This document shows positions 63,513 to 64,000 of a stretch of 64,000 nt of DNA, piece after piece; positions within the stretch are counted from its first letter, which is position 1; the number at the start of each line of letters is the position of its first letter. A program made the translations under genes and the position numbers. Below the pieces are notes generated by a model. That model saw only the letters and a list, made by a program, of their open reading frames with translations, was not told where the DNA came from and searched no databases. The stretch is from Dimorphilus gyrociliatus. Taxonomy: Eukaryota; Animalia; Annelida. The stretch lies in contig CAJFCJ010000012.1 of NCBI GenBank assembly GCA_904063045.1, positions 124,001 through 188,000 on the forward strand, read 5' to 3'.

Positions 63513-64000
63513 GTGAGTAGATGAATGTTCATTTAATTAGCTATAATAAAATACTTAATAATTAATAAATTAAAGAGTTGTTTTATATTAATAATTAGTT
63601 TTAGAATGATTGAAATCTTCTATGTCTTTCATAAACTCTTCAAAAAAGTTATTCAGATTCATTGATATAGACTTTTATAATAAACACTTTGTCAATAACT
63701 TAATAATTAGTAGTATTTTTTTAATTAAACCAATTGTTATGATAATATCTCATTATTTGTATTCAGTTCTCCTGTTCAGATCAATTGAAATTTTAAGAAC
63801 CTAGTGCAATCCTTAAAAATTGATTTACTCGTATTTCTATTATATGTTAGATATAGATATAAATATATGTTCTTTTTTAAGTGATAGCTTTCATATTTTA
63901 GGGAAATTTTCCTATTTTCCCAAGTGTTGGACTATTTCTTTATGAATAGTCTAATAAAAAAATCCTCTCTTAACGGGTTGTTCTATTTTCATTTTTATAA

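Noticed and set aside
1-64000. rRNA, tRNA, snRNA, CRISPR arrays, prokaryotic operons or defence systems
   Set aside because: No such signatures seen; the window is intron-containing animal DNA.

Overview
This is AT-rich animal (eukaryotic) genomic DNA; no prokaryotic features, rRNA, tRNA or CRISPR arrays were seen. Introns are very short (mostly 45-110 nt), which suggests a miniaturised spiralian genome; the annelid Dimorphilus gyrociliatus is an unverified guess. Gene models were rebuilt by hand from splice sites and reading-frame phase. In order: an ALK1/2 (ACVR1/saxophone)-type TGF-beta type I receptor (-), an FMRFamide-receptor-like GPCR (-), a decayed Tc3-like Tc1/mariner transposon, a CABIT-domain (Serrano/THEMIS-like) gene (+), two tandem 4-exon orphan paralogs with probable signal peptides (+), hedgehog (+), a 4-exon cysteine-rich secreted pro-protein largely missed by the ORF track (-), an 11-exon mosaic surface protein (FN2-kringle-F5/8C-EGF-fibrinogen-like/PAN-EGF-TSP1-Ly6, probable GPI anchor) (+), an intronless GPCR (-), a small secreted orphan (+) and a multiplexin collagen XV/XVIII (-). 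Most notable: (1) the receptor carries residues at human FOP/DIPG activating positions (R206N, Q207E, G328R equivalents); (2) the hedgehog autoprocessing domain has His at the catalytic Asp (D46H equivalent) and an altered sterol-recognition motif; (3) TA-C(A/T)G-TA motifs identical to Sleeping-Beauty-type excision footprints are strongly enriched in (TA)n tracts, next to a CAG-terminated Tc1-family relic; (4) several orphan secreted proteins. All counts and alignments were done by eye and need computational confirmation.
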